A DNA stretch of 41,753 nt from Candidatus Doudnabacteria bacterium (GTDB taxonomy: Bacteria > Patescibacteriota > Doudnabacteria > UBA920 > 2-01-FULL-46-14). The stretch lies in the NCBI GenBank assembly GCA_023246055.1, contig JAHFJD010000004.1, forward strand, positions 1 to 41,753, read 5' to 3'. Position 1 is the first letter of the stretch. Every line of letters starts with the position of its first letter. The notes below the pieces were generated by a model. The model was not told the origin of the DNA. It was given only the letters and a program-made list of their open reading frames with translations, and ran no database searches. The position numbers and the translations under genes were made by a program. Of the stretch, positions 19,281 to 28,374 are shown in pieces.

Positions 19281-19616
19281 TCAATTGGGGAAATCCATCC
19301 GAAACTCGAGACCGTGATCGGCAAATCCAAATTTTTTGTAATAGCCATGCACGTCTTGTTTCTCGTGCCGCGCTGTGCAGATAAGTTTATAACATCCCCG
19401 AGCTTTCGCTTCCGCGATTACAACTTCTATAAGTTTCGAACCAACGCCCTGTTTGCGGTGGGATTCATCTACAAACACATCCTCCATAAAACCAAACGAA
19501 TCTTCATGTAGATCGTTTTTCAAAATATACAAATAAGCGCGACCAACGGTTTGACCATTTTCAGTGGCTAGGAATTTGATACCGGTTGCGCTAATTTGTT
19601 GTCGCTCAATTTGCAT
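19281..19616 (-). CDS. GNAT family N-acetyltransferase
   Basis: EDVFVD..HRKQGVG motif A. Confidence 0.9.
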   Translation of the reverse strand: MQIERQQISATGIKFLATENGQTVGRAYLYILKNDLHEDSFGFMEDVFVDESHRKQGVGSKLIEVVIAEAKARGCYKLICTARHEKQDVHGYYKKFGFADHGLEFRMDFPN

Positions 19617-19621
19617 ATACT

Positions 19622-19658
19622 TAACCTCCCCAACCTCGCTCCTGCCCGAGGAGAGGAA
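19622..19658. repeat. family A element (degenerate); tail forms the SD of the GNAT gene
   Basis: Minus strand reads ...GGGGAGGTTAAGTAT-ATG. Confidence 0.65.
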
Positions 19659-19659
19659 T

Positions 19660-20640
19660 TTAGGAAACTAATCCATAAATAATCTTCGCGAGTTTTTTAC
19701 TGTCGTGCCGCAGAAAACTGCGCTGCAGAGCATCAGCCTTCACTTTACGATGATTATTTTTGGAAAGCAAATCTGCGGAGACCACTCGCACTCCCATTTT
19801 TTTCACAGCCTCGGGGTCTGGTTCCACAAATTTGGCCTTGGTTTTACGGTATTGGCTCAACACCGCGGGCTTTGGTATTTTCTTGTTCAGAATGACCAAA
19901 TCCAAACCTTTTGGACCCAGATATTTCTGCATCGCTTGCACGAAGTGCGAGACTTTGAAACTGTTAGTCTGGCCCCATTTGGTCATGAGGTTTACGATGA
20001 GGATTTTTTTGGCGCGCGACCTCTGTATCGCCGGAACAATGCCTTTGACTAGCAGATTGGGAACGGTGCTGGTATACAGGTCACCCGGCCCGAACACGAT
20101 CGCGTCTGCCTCTGTTATGAGACGCAAGGCCCGCGGATTGGCCGGACCGGAAGGATTCAATTTTAGATTCGTGATCTTCAAGGCGCCGTTGTGCCTCGGT
20201 TCGTCGATCGTATGCTCGCCGACAATCTTTTTACCGTTTTCGAGTATAGCCGTGAGTGTGGTCGGAAATTTCGTGACCGGCACGACCTGCCCGCGAACAT
20301 TGAGAATCTTGGCCGCGATCTTTATCGCCTCTTCATTGCTGCCCAGAGCTTTTTCCAATGCGGCCAGAATGATGTTTCCCGCAGTGTGGCCGGCAAGCGC
20401 GCCTTGATTAAAACGATAAGAAAAAAGTGCTTGCAGCGGCTTTTCCGTGTAGGAAAGCCCCAGCAAACATTGCCTGATATCCCCAGGCGGCATAATATCG
20501 AGCTCCTGGCGAAGCCTGCCAGTCGAGCCACCATCATCCGCGCTCGAGACAATTACCGCGTTGTTGGTTGGAAACTGCCGCAAACCAGAGAGAAGAGTTG
20601 AGGTTCCTGTTCCTCCGCCGATGATGACAATATTTTTCAT
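19660..20640 (-). CDS. yvcK: YvcK/GlmR (CofD-like) gluconeogenesis factor
   Basis: IGGGTG, DDGGSTGRLR, PPGDIR, GPGDLYTS. Confidence 0.92.
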   Translation of the reverse strand: MKNIVIIGGGTGTSTLLSGLRQFPTNNAVIVSSADDGGSTGRLRQELDIMPPGDIRQCLLGLSYTEKPLQALFSYRFNQGALAGHTAGNIILAALEKALGSNEEAIKIAAKILNVRGQVVPVTKFPTTLTAILENGKKIVGEHTIDEPRHNGALKITNLKLNPSGPANPRALRLITEADAIVFGPGDLYTSTVPNLLVKGIVPAIQRSRAKKILIVNLMTKWGQTNSFKVSHFVQAMQKYLGPKGLDLVILNKKIPKPAVLSQYRKTKAKFVEPDPEAVKKMGVRVVSADLLSKNNHRKVKADALQRSFLRHDSKKLAKIIYGLVS

Positions 20641-20654
20641 TGCTTGTTCTTTCT

Positions 20655-20710
20655 GTCATTCCCGCGAAAGCGGGAATCCAGTCTGGATCCCGGATCAAGT
20701 CCGGGATGAC
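20655..20710. repeat. family B GTCA...TGAC double hairpin (dRS3-like core)
   Basis: GTCATTCCCGCGAAAGCGGGAATCCAG-T-CTGGATCCCGGATCAAGTCCGGGATGAC. Confidence 0.9.
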
Positions 20711-20720
20711 AAATTGATCC

Positions 20721-21950
20721 TTAATTTATCACTTTTAATTCTCTACCAACCTCTTCAAAAGCCGCAATGGCTTTATCGAGATGTTCTCGAGTATGGGCAG
20801 CGGAGAGCTGTACTCGGATCCGCGCTTTGCCTTTGGGGACTACGGGATAAGTAAATCCACGCACATAAATGCCTTTCTTGAATAGTGCTCCGGCCATATC
20901 AAAAGCTAATTTTTCTTCGCCCAGCATTACCGGAGTGATTGGATGTTTCCCGTCGCCTCCGAGTTTAAATCCCAGCTTGTCCATGGCAGATCGGAAATAA
21001 TTGGTATTGTCGCGCAGGGTTTCGAGTCGGGTACTGAACTCTATATCGAAATTCTTCAAAGTATAGAGCGCGGCCGCGGCAATCATGGGCGGCAAGGAAT
21101 TGGAAAAGAGCGAGGTGCGGGAACGTTGGCGCAAATATTCGATAATCTCTTTGCGACCCGCGGTAAACCCGCCGCCCGCCCCGCCTAGAGCCTTGCCAAA
21201 AGTTGAGGTGAGGATGTCCACACCACCCATAACGCCTGCCTGCTCAATACTGCTGCGACCAGTTTTGCCAAGCACTCCGGAAGCATGTGAATCATCCACC
21301 ATGACCATGGCCCCGTATTTGTCGGCCAAATCGCAGATTTCTTTTAGCTTGGCAGTATCGCCGTCCATGCTAAACACCCCGTCCGTGGCAATCAACATCC
21401 TCTTTCCCCTCCCTTGAGGGGAGGGGCTGGGGGAGGGTGATCTTGAAGAAAACTCTTTCAACTTCTCTTCCAAATCCCCCATGTCACTATGCTTGTATCG
21501 AAACCTTTCTGCTTTGCAAAGCCGCACACCGTCAATAATCGAAGCATGATTGAGCTCATCACTAAAAATCGCGTCCCCTTCCTGCAGAATGGTTTCGAAA
21601 AGCCCGGTGTTGGCATCAAAACACGAAGTGTAGAGAATCGCATCCTCTGTACCGAAAAATTTGGCGATTTCCGCTTCCAAGTCTTTGTGCACTGTCCCGG
21701 TACCGCAAATAAATCTCACCGAAGCCATACCGAAACCGTATCTTTCAAGTCCGTCTGCGGCCGCCGTTTGCATTTCCTCACTGCCAGCAAGACCCAAATA
21801 ATTGTTACCGCAGAAATTCAGAAGCTGCTTGCCGTCAACTTCAATTTCGGCTCCCTGTTTGCCGCTAATTGTCTTTTCCTCTTTCCACGTGCCAGCAAGA
21901 TGAATATCTTCCAAATCCTTTTCAAATTGTGATTTGTAGTTTGTGAACAT
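20721..21950 (-). CDS. kbl: glycine C-acetyltransferase (2-amino-3-ketobutyrate CoA ligase)
   Basis: [38 protein letters not shown]. Confidence 0.95.
   Translation of the reverse strand: MFTNYKSQFEKDLEDIHLAGTWKEEKTISGKQGAEIEVDGKQLLNFCGNNYLGLAGSEEMQTAAADGLERYGFGMASVRFICGTGTVHKDLEAEIAKFFGTEDAILYTSCFDANTGLFETILQEGDAIFSDELNHASIIDGVRLCKAERFRYKHSDMGDLEEKLKEFSSRSPSPSPSPQGRGKRMLIATDGVFSMDGDTAKLKEICDLADKYGAMVMVDDSHASGVLGKTGRSSIEQAGVMGGVDILTSTFGKALGGAGGGFTAGRKEIIEYLRQRSRTSLFSNSLPPMIAAAALYTLKNFDIEFSTRLETLRDNTNYFRSAMDKLGFKLGGDGKHPITPVMLGEEKLAFDMAGALFKKGIYVRGFTYPVVPKGKARIRVQLSAAHTREHLDKAIAAFEEVGRELKVIN
21406..21440. repeat. family A half element inside kbl
   Basis: CCCCTCCCTTGAGGGGAGGGG-CTGGGGGAGGGTGA. 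Confidence 0.85.
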
Positions 21951-21952
21951 AA

Positions 21953-22663
21953 TTATTCTCTCTTTTTATAAACTGCCCATATCCTTGCAGTTTTTTTATC
22001 TGGTGTTTCTGCCGCTCTCAACTGTTCGTGTGGTTCTGCAGTGATCTCAAATCCATATTCTTCACCCAGTTGTCTCAACTCTTCTGCGCTGAAATAATGC
22101 TGGGCTATATCTTTTTTGATACCCTGTCGATCTGCACCAGTAAAGCCAAGTCCCTGCCCACGCATATCCTCGGTAATTTCCCTTTCTTCCGAATCATCAT
22201 TAACTGATCTACCCATGAACAGAAAATATTTCTCCGGTTTGAGGACTCTGTTTATTTCCTTGAATGATCCTCTCACTCCTTCAATATTATTGTGGTGGAT
22301 AGCGCCGGTACTGATGACAAAATCAAAGCTTCCGTCTCCAAACGGCAACTCGGCACTCTGGCCCTTTACGAAATTCGCTCGGAGATTCTGCTCTGCTAAC
22401 CTTCTCTGCGCTGCGCTGATCATCCCTTCTGACAAATCAAGGCCGGTGACATTAAATCCGTCCCGAGCCAAAGGCATAACATAACGCCCGTTTCCGCTGC
22501 CAACATCCAAAACATCGCGGCCCAATTCAGATTTGTGCTGTGCGCAGAATTGATTGAAAAATGGATCAGGGCCTTCGTCCTCTCTCCAGCCTCTCTCACC
22601 TTCTTTATCCCAGTAATCTCTGGCCTTTTCTAAATTGTTTGGTCGTAAATTTTCCGGTGGCAT
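21953..22663 (-). CDS. class I SAM-dependent methyltransferase
   Basis: [18 protein letters not shown]. Confidence 0.9.
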   Translation of the reverse strand: MPPENLRPNNLEKARDYWDKEGERGWREDEGPDPFFNQFCAQHKSELGRDVLDVGSGNGRYVMPLARDGFNVTGLDLSEGMISAAQRRLAEQNLRANFVKGQSAELPFGDGSFDFVISTGAIHHNNIEGVRGSFKEINRVLKPEKYFLFMGRSVNDDSEEREITEDMRGQGLGFTGADRQGIKKDIAQHYFSAEELRQLGEEYGFEITAEPHEQLRAAETPDKKTARIWAVYKKRE

Positions 22664-23970
22664 TACATTTGAATTAAAAATTTCGGATGATTATTGATCA
22701 TATTTTCAAACCGCTCTTTAGTGTACTCGCCAATCGGCAGAATAGTTCCTTGCCCTTGATCTAGTATAACATTATACAGCTTTTCCTGAATCTGGTTTTT
22801 GGGATCTTCGAGGAGTGCGCGTGTCATCTCCCACGTCCGCCAAATCTGCCGGCCGATTACAGCGTGCATGGTAAAACCATGCACTATGAGGCGGTTATAA
22901 TTCTCAATCACAAAATCACCGCTTTTGATGCCAAACAAAATGATCTCGCCACCGCGACGCGTGGCAAAGAGGCAATTGTTCACAGACGAGTTAAAACCAG
23001 ACATTTCAAACGACACATCCACCCCTACGCCTTTGGTGATGTTCATAATCTCGTCGGTGATTTCAGGATTGTGCGAATACATTTCACCCCTCCCTTGCCC
23101 TCCCCCTCGAGGGGAGGGAATAATACCGGGCTTCTCTGCATTTTCCTCCCCCTTGAGGGGGGATGTTGGGTGGGGGTGAGTTTTCAATGGAATGACGTAA
23201 TCTATCCCCAATTTCTTTGCCATGTTAATTGAAATTGGATTCGGCTCCACACCGATGATACTCTTCGCGCCCCTGGCCCTAGCAATCAGCAAGAGAAACA
23301 GTCCGATGGGTCCCAAACCAAAAATCGCCACTGTTTTGTCTTTCAGATCCACTTTGCTTGCAGCATGAACAGCGTTACCAAATGGCTCTTGCATGGCTGC
23401 TACCTCTGGCCGGATCTTGGCAGTGTTGGTTTTCCAGACAATGTGCGCTGGCACTCGGACATATTCTGCAAATCCTCCATCATGGGAAATACCCAAAATC
23501 TTCTCGTTAGTGCACACCTCTTTTTGCCCGCGTAGACACTGGTAGCATTGGTTACAAACCACGTGCGATTCACATGCTACAAAATCGCCTTTTTTGATCC
23601 CTTTCACACCTCTGCCAACCTCAACCACTTCTCCAAAGAATTCGTGACCAATTATTCTATAGGTATTTTCACCCCTCCCTTGCCCTCCCCCTCGAGGGGA
23701 GGGAATAGCCCCGGACTTTCCTGCATTTTCCTCCCCCTTGAGGGGGGAGGTTGGGTGGGGGTGAAATTCCGACTCTAAACTCCCCAAAATCTGCTCCTTG
23801 AACGCCTGCCGATACCAAATCCCCTTGTCTGACCCACACACGCCAGCATAATGGACCTTGATCATAACGTCCGTATCGCTTTCCACTTTGGGCATGGGCA
23901 CCTGCGCTAACTCGAAGCCAGTTGATTCATCCCACTTTGTTTTACTCTTGTCGAATATTAATGCGCGCAT
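22663..23970 (-). CDS. tdh: L-threonine 3-dehydrogenase-like Zn-dependent dehydrogenase with two in-frame repeat insertions
   Basis: GVCGSD, GHEF.G, ESHVVC..C..C, EPFGNAVH; near kbl. Confidence 0.88.
   Translation of the reverse strand: MRALIFDKSKTKWDESTGFELAQVPMPKVESDTDVMIKVHYAGVCGSDKGIWYRQAFKEQILGSLESEFHPHPTSPLKGEENAGKSGAIPSPRGGGQGRGENTYRIIGHEFFGEVVEVGRGVKGIKKGDFVACESHVVCNQCYQCLRGQKEVCTNEKILGISHDGGFAEYVRVPAHIVWKTNTAKIRPEVAAMQEPFGNAVHAASKVDLKDKTVAIFGLGPIGLFLLLIARARGAKSIIGVEPNPISINMAKKLGIDYVIPLKTHPHPTSPLKGEENAEKPGIIPSPRGGGQGRGEMYSHNPEITDEIMNITKGVGVDVSFEMSGFNSSVNNCLFATRRGGEIILFGIKSGDFVIENYNRLIVHGFTMHAVIGRQIWRTWEMTRALLEDPKNQIQEKLYNVILDQGQGTILPIGEYTKERFENMINNHPKFLIQM
23084..23179. repeat. family A 96-bp composite, copy 2 in tdh
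   Basis: TCACCC...GGGTGA, 32 codons. Confidence 0.95.
23669..23764. repeat. family A 96-bp composite, copy 1 in tdh
   Basis: 7 mismatches versus 23084-23179. Confidence 0.95.
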
Positions 23971-24137
23971 AAAATCAGCCAATCTCGCCCCGTAGTGAAC
24001 GGTACTCCGTTCTACTACTGGCGTCAAAACCGCGGGAATTGTCCCAATCTGTTTTGGCTTTATTGAATATTAACGCTTGCATAGAGATAATTTATATGAT
24101 AATGTTGGGAATCCACAACTCCAAGGGGGGCACATAA

Positions 24138-24380
24138 ATGAGCGAAACACTTGACAAAAAATTCACCGGGCGTGGTCCTATATTTGTGAAGCTTGAAGGT
24201 ATGGAACGAAGAGTCGGGGTCACAATTGCGCCAGGTGACCCGCTGTCGAACGCCGTTCGGCAAGCGGCCAGCATGCTAATTCCGCGCTTCGTCGCTGGCA
24301 ATCTGAACGACCAATTCGAGATCGTCGAGGACAACACTTCCACCACCGGCTATCTCGTTATCCGCAAAAAGGGGGGGTGA
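24138..24380 (+). CDS. hypothetical protein
   Basis: G-rich SD; overlaps the next ORF (GTGA). Confidence 0.55.
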   Translation: MSETLDKKFTGRGPIFVKLEGMERRVGVTIAPGDPLSNAVRQAASMLIPRFVAGNLNDQFEIVEDNTSTTGYLVIRKKGG

Positions 24381-24655
24381 TGGATGTCAATTGGGACACA
24401 GTAATTGAAACATCCGACCTCATTGTCGCTTGCGAAGGTTGGTGGAAGGGTTCTCCACAACTACTGGGAAGTTTCATGGTCAGAAGCGATTCTCGTCCAG
24501 CCACAGTGCGAGACATTGCCCTGATCGCGTATCAGCAGCTCCATCCTGGCCGCATGTCCGGTATCAGATTCATTGAACCGAAAGACGTCATGGGGATTGA
24601 CAAATTCGACCCTCATTGCAAACGGATCACGTTTCGGTTCAACCGGCCAGCGTGA
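24377..24655 (+). CDS. hypothetical protein
   Basis: Coupled to the previous ORF; followed by a hairpin and T-tract. Confidence 0.55.
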   Translation: MMDVNWDTVIETSDLIVACEGWWKGSPQLLGSFMVRSDSRPATVRDIALIAYQQLHPGRMSGIRFIEPKDVMGIDKFDPHCKRITFRFNRPA

Positions 24656-24661
24656 CTCGAA

Positions 24662-24700
24662 GCGGTTTGTCCACTCTAACTGGACTGACCGCCTTTTTTT
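24662..24700 (+). terminator. intrinsic terminator
   Basis: GCGGTTTGTCCA/TGGACTGACCGC stem followed by T7. Confidence 0.55.
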
Positions 24701-24763
24701 ATCCACCTCATCGGCGGACCGCGCTTCGCTTGTTTACTTTACAAAGAACTTACAATTTTCCGA

Positions 24764-24865
24764 TTCTCCCCCTCATGAGGGGGAGCTAAAGGGGGTCATA
24801 GTTGGCTTCGAAAATCTTCAAGGTTCTCTATTACCTCCCCTAACCCCTCCTCACGAGGAGGGGAA
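24764..24865. repeat. family A tail-to-tail pair
   Basis: CTCCCCCTCATGAGGGGGAG...CCCCTCCTCACGAGGAGGGG. Confidence 0.85.
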
Positions 24866-24872
24866 AATACTT

Positions 24873-26807
24873 TTATTCTACAGTAACTGATTTCGCTAGA
24901 TTCCTCGGCCGGTCGACATCGCGGCCCAAATTCACTGCTATATAATAGGCAAAGAGTTGCAAGGGAATGGTGTTGAGAAGCGGCTCGAGGAGTTCCATAG
25001 TTTTCGGCACAAATATTATATCATCGGCCACTTCTTTTGCTTCCTCATCGTCTTCCGACGCGATTATCAAGGTCCGCGCGCCCCGCGCCCGCGCTTCCAT
25101 AATATTACTTTTCATTTTTTCAAACAGCTGATTGCGCGTCAAAATTGCGACCACTGGGAAATCCTCGGACACGAGCGCGAGGGGGCCATGTTTCATTTCT
25201 CCTCCCGCATAACCCTCGCTATGAATATAGGAAATTTCTTTGAGCTTGAGCGAGCCTTCCAGCGCCACAGGGTAGTTTACCCCACGGCCGAGAAAAAACA
25301 TATTTTTATAATGAGCATATTTTTTGGCAATTTTTTTGATGTTTTCGGCCTGCTTCAAAATCTCATTCATCTTCCCTGGTATCTCGAGCAGAGATTCCAA
25401 AAATCTTTTCCCTGTTGCCACGTTAACGTGCTTTAGTCGTCCCAACTGCAAGGCATTGAGCAAAAGCAGAGCAACCATGTTAGTGTACGCTTTGGTGGAC
25501 GCCACAGCCATTTCTAGACCTGCGTGAATATACGAACCAGCTTTGGTCTCGCGAGCGATTGTCGAGCCGACCACATTGATAATCCCTCGAACATGCGCGC
25601 CTTTTCGCTTGGCCTCTCTCACAGCCATAATCGTATCCGCAGTCTCACCTGATTGTGAGACAGCATAGACCAAAGTTTTTTTATCAACGATCGGATCGCG
25701 ATAGCGAAATTCGCTGGAAAAATCCACCTCGCAAGGGACTTGCGCCAGTCTCTCAAACGCATATTTGCCGACAAGCCCGGCATAGTAAGCCGTACCGCCT
25801 GAAATGATATTGATTCTTTTCAAATCCCGCAGTTGATCCTCGCTGATATTCAATCCTCCAAGATGGGCTGTCCCCTCTTCCATATCTAACCGCCCACGGA
25901 TCGCGTCCTCAAACACTGTTGGCTGTTCCATGATTTCCTTGAGCATAAAATGCTCGTAACCGCCCTTTTGCGCCTTTGCCTGATCCCAATCAATTTGCAT
26001 CGTACCTTTAGTAATCAGTTCGTCTTTTAGATTGGAAATGCGCAGGTTGTCCCGTGAAATCTCCGCTACCTCACCATCATCGAGAAAAGTCACTTGTTTG
26101 GTATAGGCGAGCATAGGGGTCACGTCAGAAGCAATATAATGCTCCCCTTCAGCCACGCCCACAACCAAGGGACTGCCGAGCCTCGCGGCAATAATTTGGT
26201 CAGGGTGATCAGCGTGCACTGCCAAGAGTCCATATGTGCCACGGACATCGCTAAGGGCTCTGCGCACAGCATTAGCAAGTGTATTTTCACCCCCACCTTT
26301 ATCCTCCCCCCTCAAGGGGGAGGAATTCCCCTCCCTTGCCGTGCCCGCCGAAGCTTCGTGCGAAGGCTGGGAGGGGAGGGGTTGGGGGAGGGTGGAATAA
26401 TAATCCGCAATCAAATGTGCCAGCACCTCGCTGTCAGTATCTGATGTAAATTTATATCCTTTTTTAACAAGCTTCTTTTTGAGCTCGCGGTAGTTTTCAA
26501 TGATGCCATTGTGTACTATGGCCAATTTGCCATCCATTGCGACGTGCGGGTGAGCGTTTTCTTCAGTCACTCCGCCATGCGTAGCCCACCTGGTATGGGC
26601 AATACCGAGCGTACCAGGATAATTTGAGTCTTTCAATTTCCCGACAAGGTTATCAATCTTGCCTACAGCACGAACCCGCTCAATCTTGTTTTCATGTAAC
26701 AAGCAGATACCCGCGCTGTCATAGCCGCGATATTCCAAATCCCGCAGTCCTTGAACGAGGATGGGCAGGGCTTGTTTATTGCCAATGTATCCGACTATGC
26801 CACACAT
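24873..26807 (-). CDS. glmS: glutamine--fructose-6-phosphate transaminase with in-frame repeat insertion
   Basis: MCGIVG, HTRWATHG, SQSGETADT, PRNLAKSVTVE. Confidence 0.98.
   Translation of the reverse strand: MCGIVGYIGNKQALPILVQGLRDLEYRGYDSAGICLLHENKIERVRAVGKIDNLVGKLKDSNYPGTLGIAHTRWATHGGVTEENAHPHVAMDGKLAIVHNGIIENYRELKKKLVKKGYKFTSDTDSEVLAHLIADYYSTLPQPLPSQPSHEASAGTAREGNSSPLRGEDKGGGENTLANAVRRALSDVRGTYGLLAVHADHPDQIIAARLGSPLVVGVAEGEHYIASDVTPMLAYTKQVTFLDDGEVAEISRDNLRISNLKDELITKGTMQIDWDQAKAQKGGYEHFMLKEIMEQPTVFEDAIRGRLDMEEGTAHLGGLNISEDQLRDLKRINIISGGTAYYAGLVGKYAFERLAQVPCEVDFSSEFRYRDPIVDKKTLVYAVSQSGETADTIMAVREAKRKGAHVRGIINVVGSTIARETKAGSYIHAGLEMAVASTKAYTNMVALLLLNALQLGRLKHVNVATGKRFLESLLEIPGKMNEILKQAENIKKIAKKYAHYKNMFFLGRGVNYPVALEGSLKLKEISYIHSEGYAGGEMKHGPLALVSEDFPVVAILTRNQLFEKMKSNIMEARARGARTLIIASEDDEEAKEVADDIIFVPKTMELLEPLLNTIPLQLFAYYIAVNLGRDVDRPRNLAKSVTVE
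26287..26395. repeat. family A composite in glmS with a nested hairpin at 26344-26371
   Basis: TCACCC...GGGTGG; inner CCCGCCGAAGCTTCGTGCGAAGGCTGGG. Confidence 0.85.
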
Positions 26808-26865
26808 AATTAGTAGCGAATAGAGATTAGAGAAAAACGAATAGTCTTAGAATAGAGAAAAGTAA

Positions 26866-27235
26866 CTACCATTCTCGCTCCGAAGTCTTAGTATTACTTA
26901 TCAACTTTGATAACATCTTTTGCACCTCAATAACTAAAGATTCGGCCTTATTATAATCGATATTTGAATACTGCGATTTGGCAACTATTAATTGTGTTTC
27001 TAATTCAGTTGCTGAACCAAATGAAATATTCATAAACCTTACAAATTCCACTTTATGGTTTCGCGCCCAGCCTTCGGCAATATTGGAAGCAATAGAAATC
27101 GCGGCTCGGGTCATTTGAGGAAACAAAATATATTTCTCATTCTCTGGTAACTGCTTGGCTATTGCGTAGACCTCTTTCACTAGCTCAATCGCTTTTTGCC
27201 AAACTATTTAATCTTTAATAAGAATTTACTTTCAT
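26866..27235 (-). pseudogene. four-helix-bundle protein (23S rRNA-IVP/bAvd-like), N-terminus disrupted
   Basis: LP..EKY.L..QM.RAA.SI.SNIAEG, GS..ELETQL; the upstream MKVNSYKD(L)IVWQKA motif is broken by +1 nt and a TAA at 27208-27217. Confidence 0.75.
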
Positions 27236-27265
27236 AACTATTCTCTATGCACTATTCCCTTTTCG

Positions 27266-28108
27266 CTATAACTTATTCCAAACAAATTCAAAAATCATCT
27301 TTTGCGTCTCGTAAAGGCCCTGGTCTTCTATGATAACACCAACTGGTTCGCCTGTCGCGGACAAAGATATCATGGCCACTTTCCCACCGTAAATAATCAT
27401 ATAAGTCGGCGTGCTTTCTTTTTCTGACAGGCATCTCCGCTCATCAAGACCCGCGAGCTCCCCGCCTTTGCCAAAAGCAATAACCCGGTTGGCTACACCC
27501 GCCTTGATTCGATCTTTGTTGAAATTGGAATAAGCTTTGTAGAGATATTGTTTGATGTCAGATGAAGAGTAGACATAATAAGTTGAATTCATAACTCCCC
27601 TTCCACCCCCTCTTATCTTAAGAGGGGGAACTCCTCCCCTTAAACTAAGGGGAGGTTGGGAGGGGTTATTACTCATTGTCGCTAGCACGTCCTGCAAGAT
27701 GATTCTCAAGCCTGCGCTACCTTCATAATATTTGGCCACAGGCCGCGCGCCGGATTTTTCGTACAAGGATTCCAATTCTGGCAAAGATTTGCTAATATGA
27801 ACCTTAAGTGTGTCCAAAGACCGCTTCTTGTTTTCGACAGCATCGAGAAGCTTCTGCGGCGGCTCAGCCACGAAATACTGCTTTTTCTGATCTTTCCCGC
27901 CAGAGGTGGATCGAGATTGGTATTGCTTGTAAAAACTCACCACACCAAGCTTCAGAAGCCGCTCGAGAATGTCATAAGTGGTGCCGCGATTGACTTGTGA
28001 CTGTTTGGCTATCGCGCTTGCTGGTGCTGGACCTAAAGAAATCGAGGCCAAATATACAGAAATTTCCTTTTCATCTAGACCAAACTGTAGGAGATTTTCT
28101 ACAATCAT
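27266..28108 (-). CDS. TrmB-family wHTH regulator with in-frame repeat insertion
   Basis: FGL...E..VY.A...G...AS.IA..S.VNR.T.YD.L..L; C-terminal K..FE..W. Confidence 0.85.
   Translation of the reverse strand: MIVENLLQFGLDEKEISVYLASISLGPAPASAIAKQSQVNRGTTYDILERLLKLGVVSFYKQYQSRSTSGGKDQKKQYFVAEPPQKLLDAVENKKRSLDTLKVHISKSLPELESLYEKSGARPVAKYYEGSAGLRIILQDVLATMSNNPSQPPLSLRGGVPPLKIRGGGRGVMNSTYYVYSSSDIKQYLYKAYSNFNKDRIKAGVANRVIAFGKGGELAGLDERRCLSEKESTPTYMIIYGGKVAMISLSATGEPVGVIIEDQGLYETQKMIFEFVWNKL
27591..27669. repeat. family A composite inside the TrmB-like CDS
   Basis: ATAACTCC...CCCCTCTT/AAGAGGGG, CCTCCCCTTA/TAAGGGGAGG...GGGGTTAT. Confidence 0.85.
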
Positions 28109-28279
28109 TGACAGAAATCTTAAAATAATGATAAAATAAGGGTATCAAACGCTATTCTTATTGTCAAGTATCTTCTACAGAAATATGTTGATAATTCTAA
28201 ATAATTTACCCGCCCTTCCGAAGTCCCGTCTGACTTGACGGAGGAGGGTCAAGTGAAGTCTACAAAATTAAGAAGCAAC

Positions 28280-28364
28280 TTCTCCCCTTAAGCTAAGGGG
28301 AGATTGAGAGGGGTTATGAAATCCTCGTAACTCACCCGGCCCTCTCTTATCTTAAGAGAGGGAA
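28280..28364. repeat. family A tail-to-tail pair
   Basis: CTCCCCTTAAGCTAAGGGGAG...CCCTCTCTTATCTTAAGAGAGGG. Confidence 0.85.
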
Positions 28365-28374
28365 GAAAAGACCC

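Noticed and set aside
23084-23764. Inteins or introns as explanation for the coding inserts
   Set aside because: The inserts are too short and lack intein C/S...HN ends and group I/II core motifs
26808-26865. glmS ribozyme upstream of glmS
   Set aside because: The intergenic space is only about 58 nt of short repeats with no recognisable core
26866-27180. DGR accessory protein (Avd) implying a diversity-generating retroelement
   Set aside because: No reverse transcriptase and no TR/VR pair; mismatches between the tdh repeats are not adenine-specific
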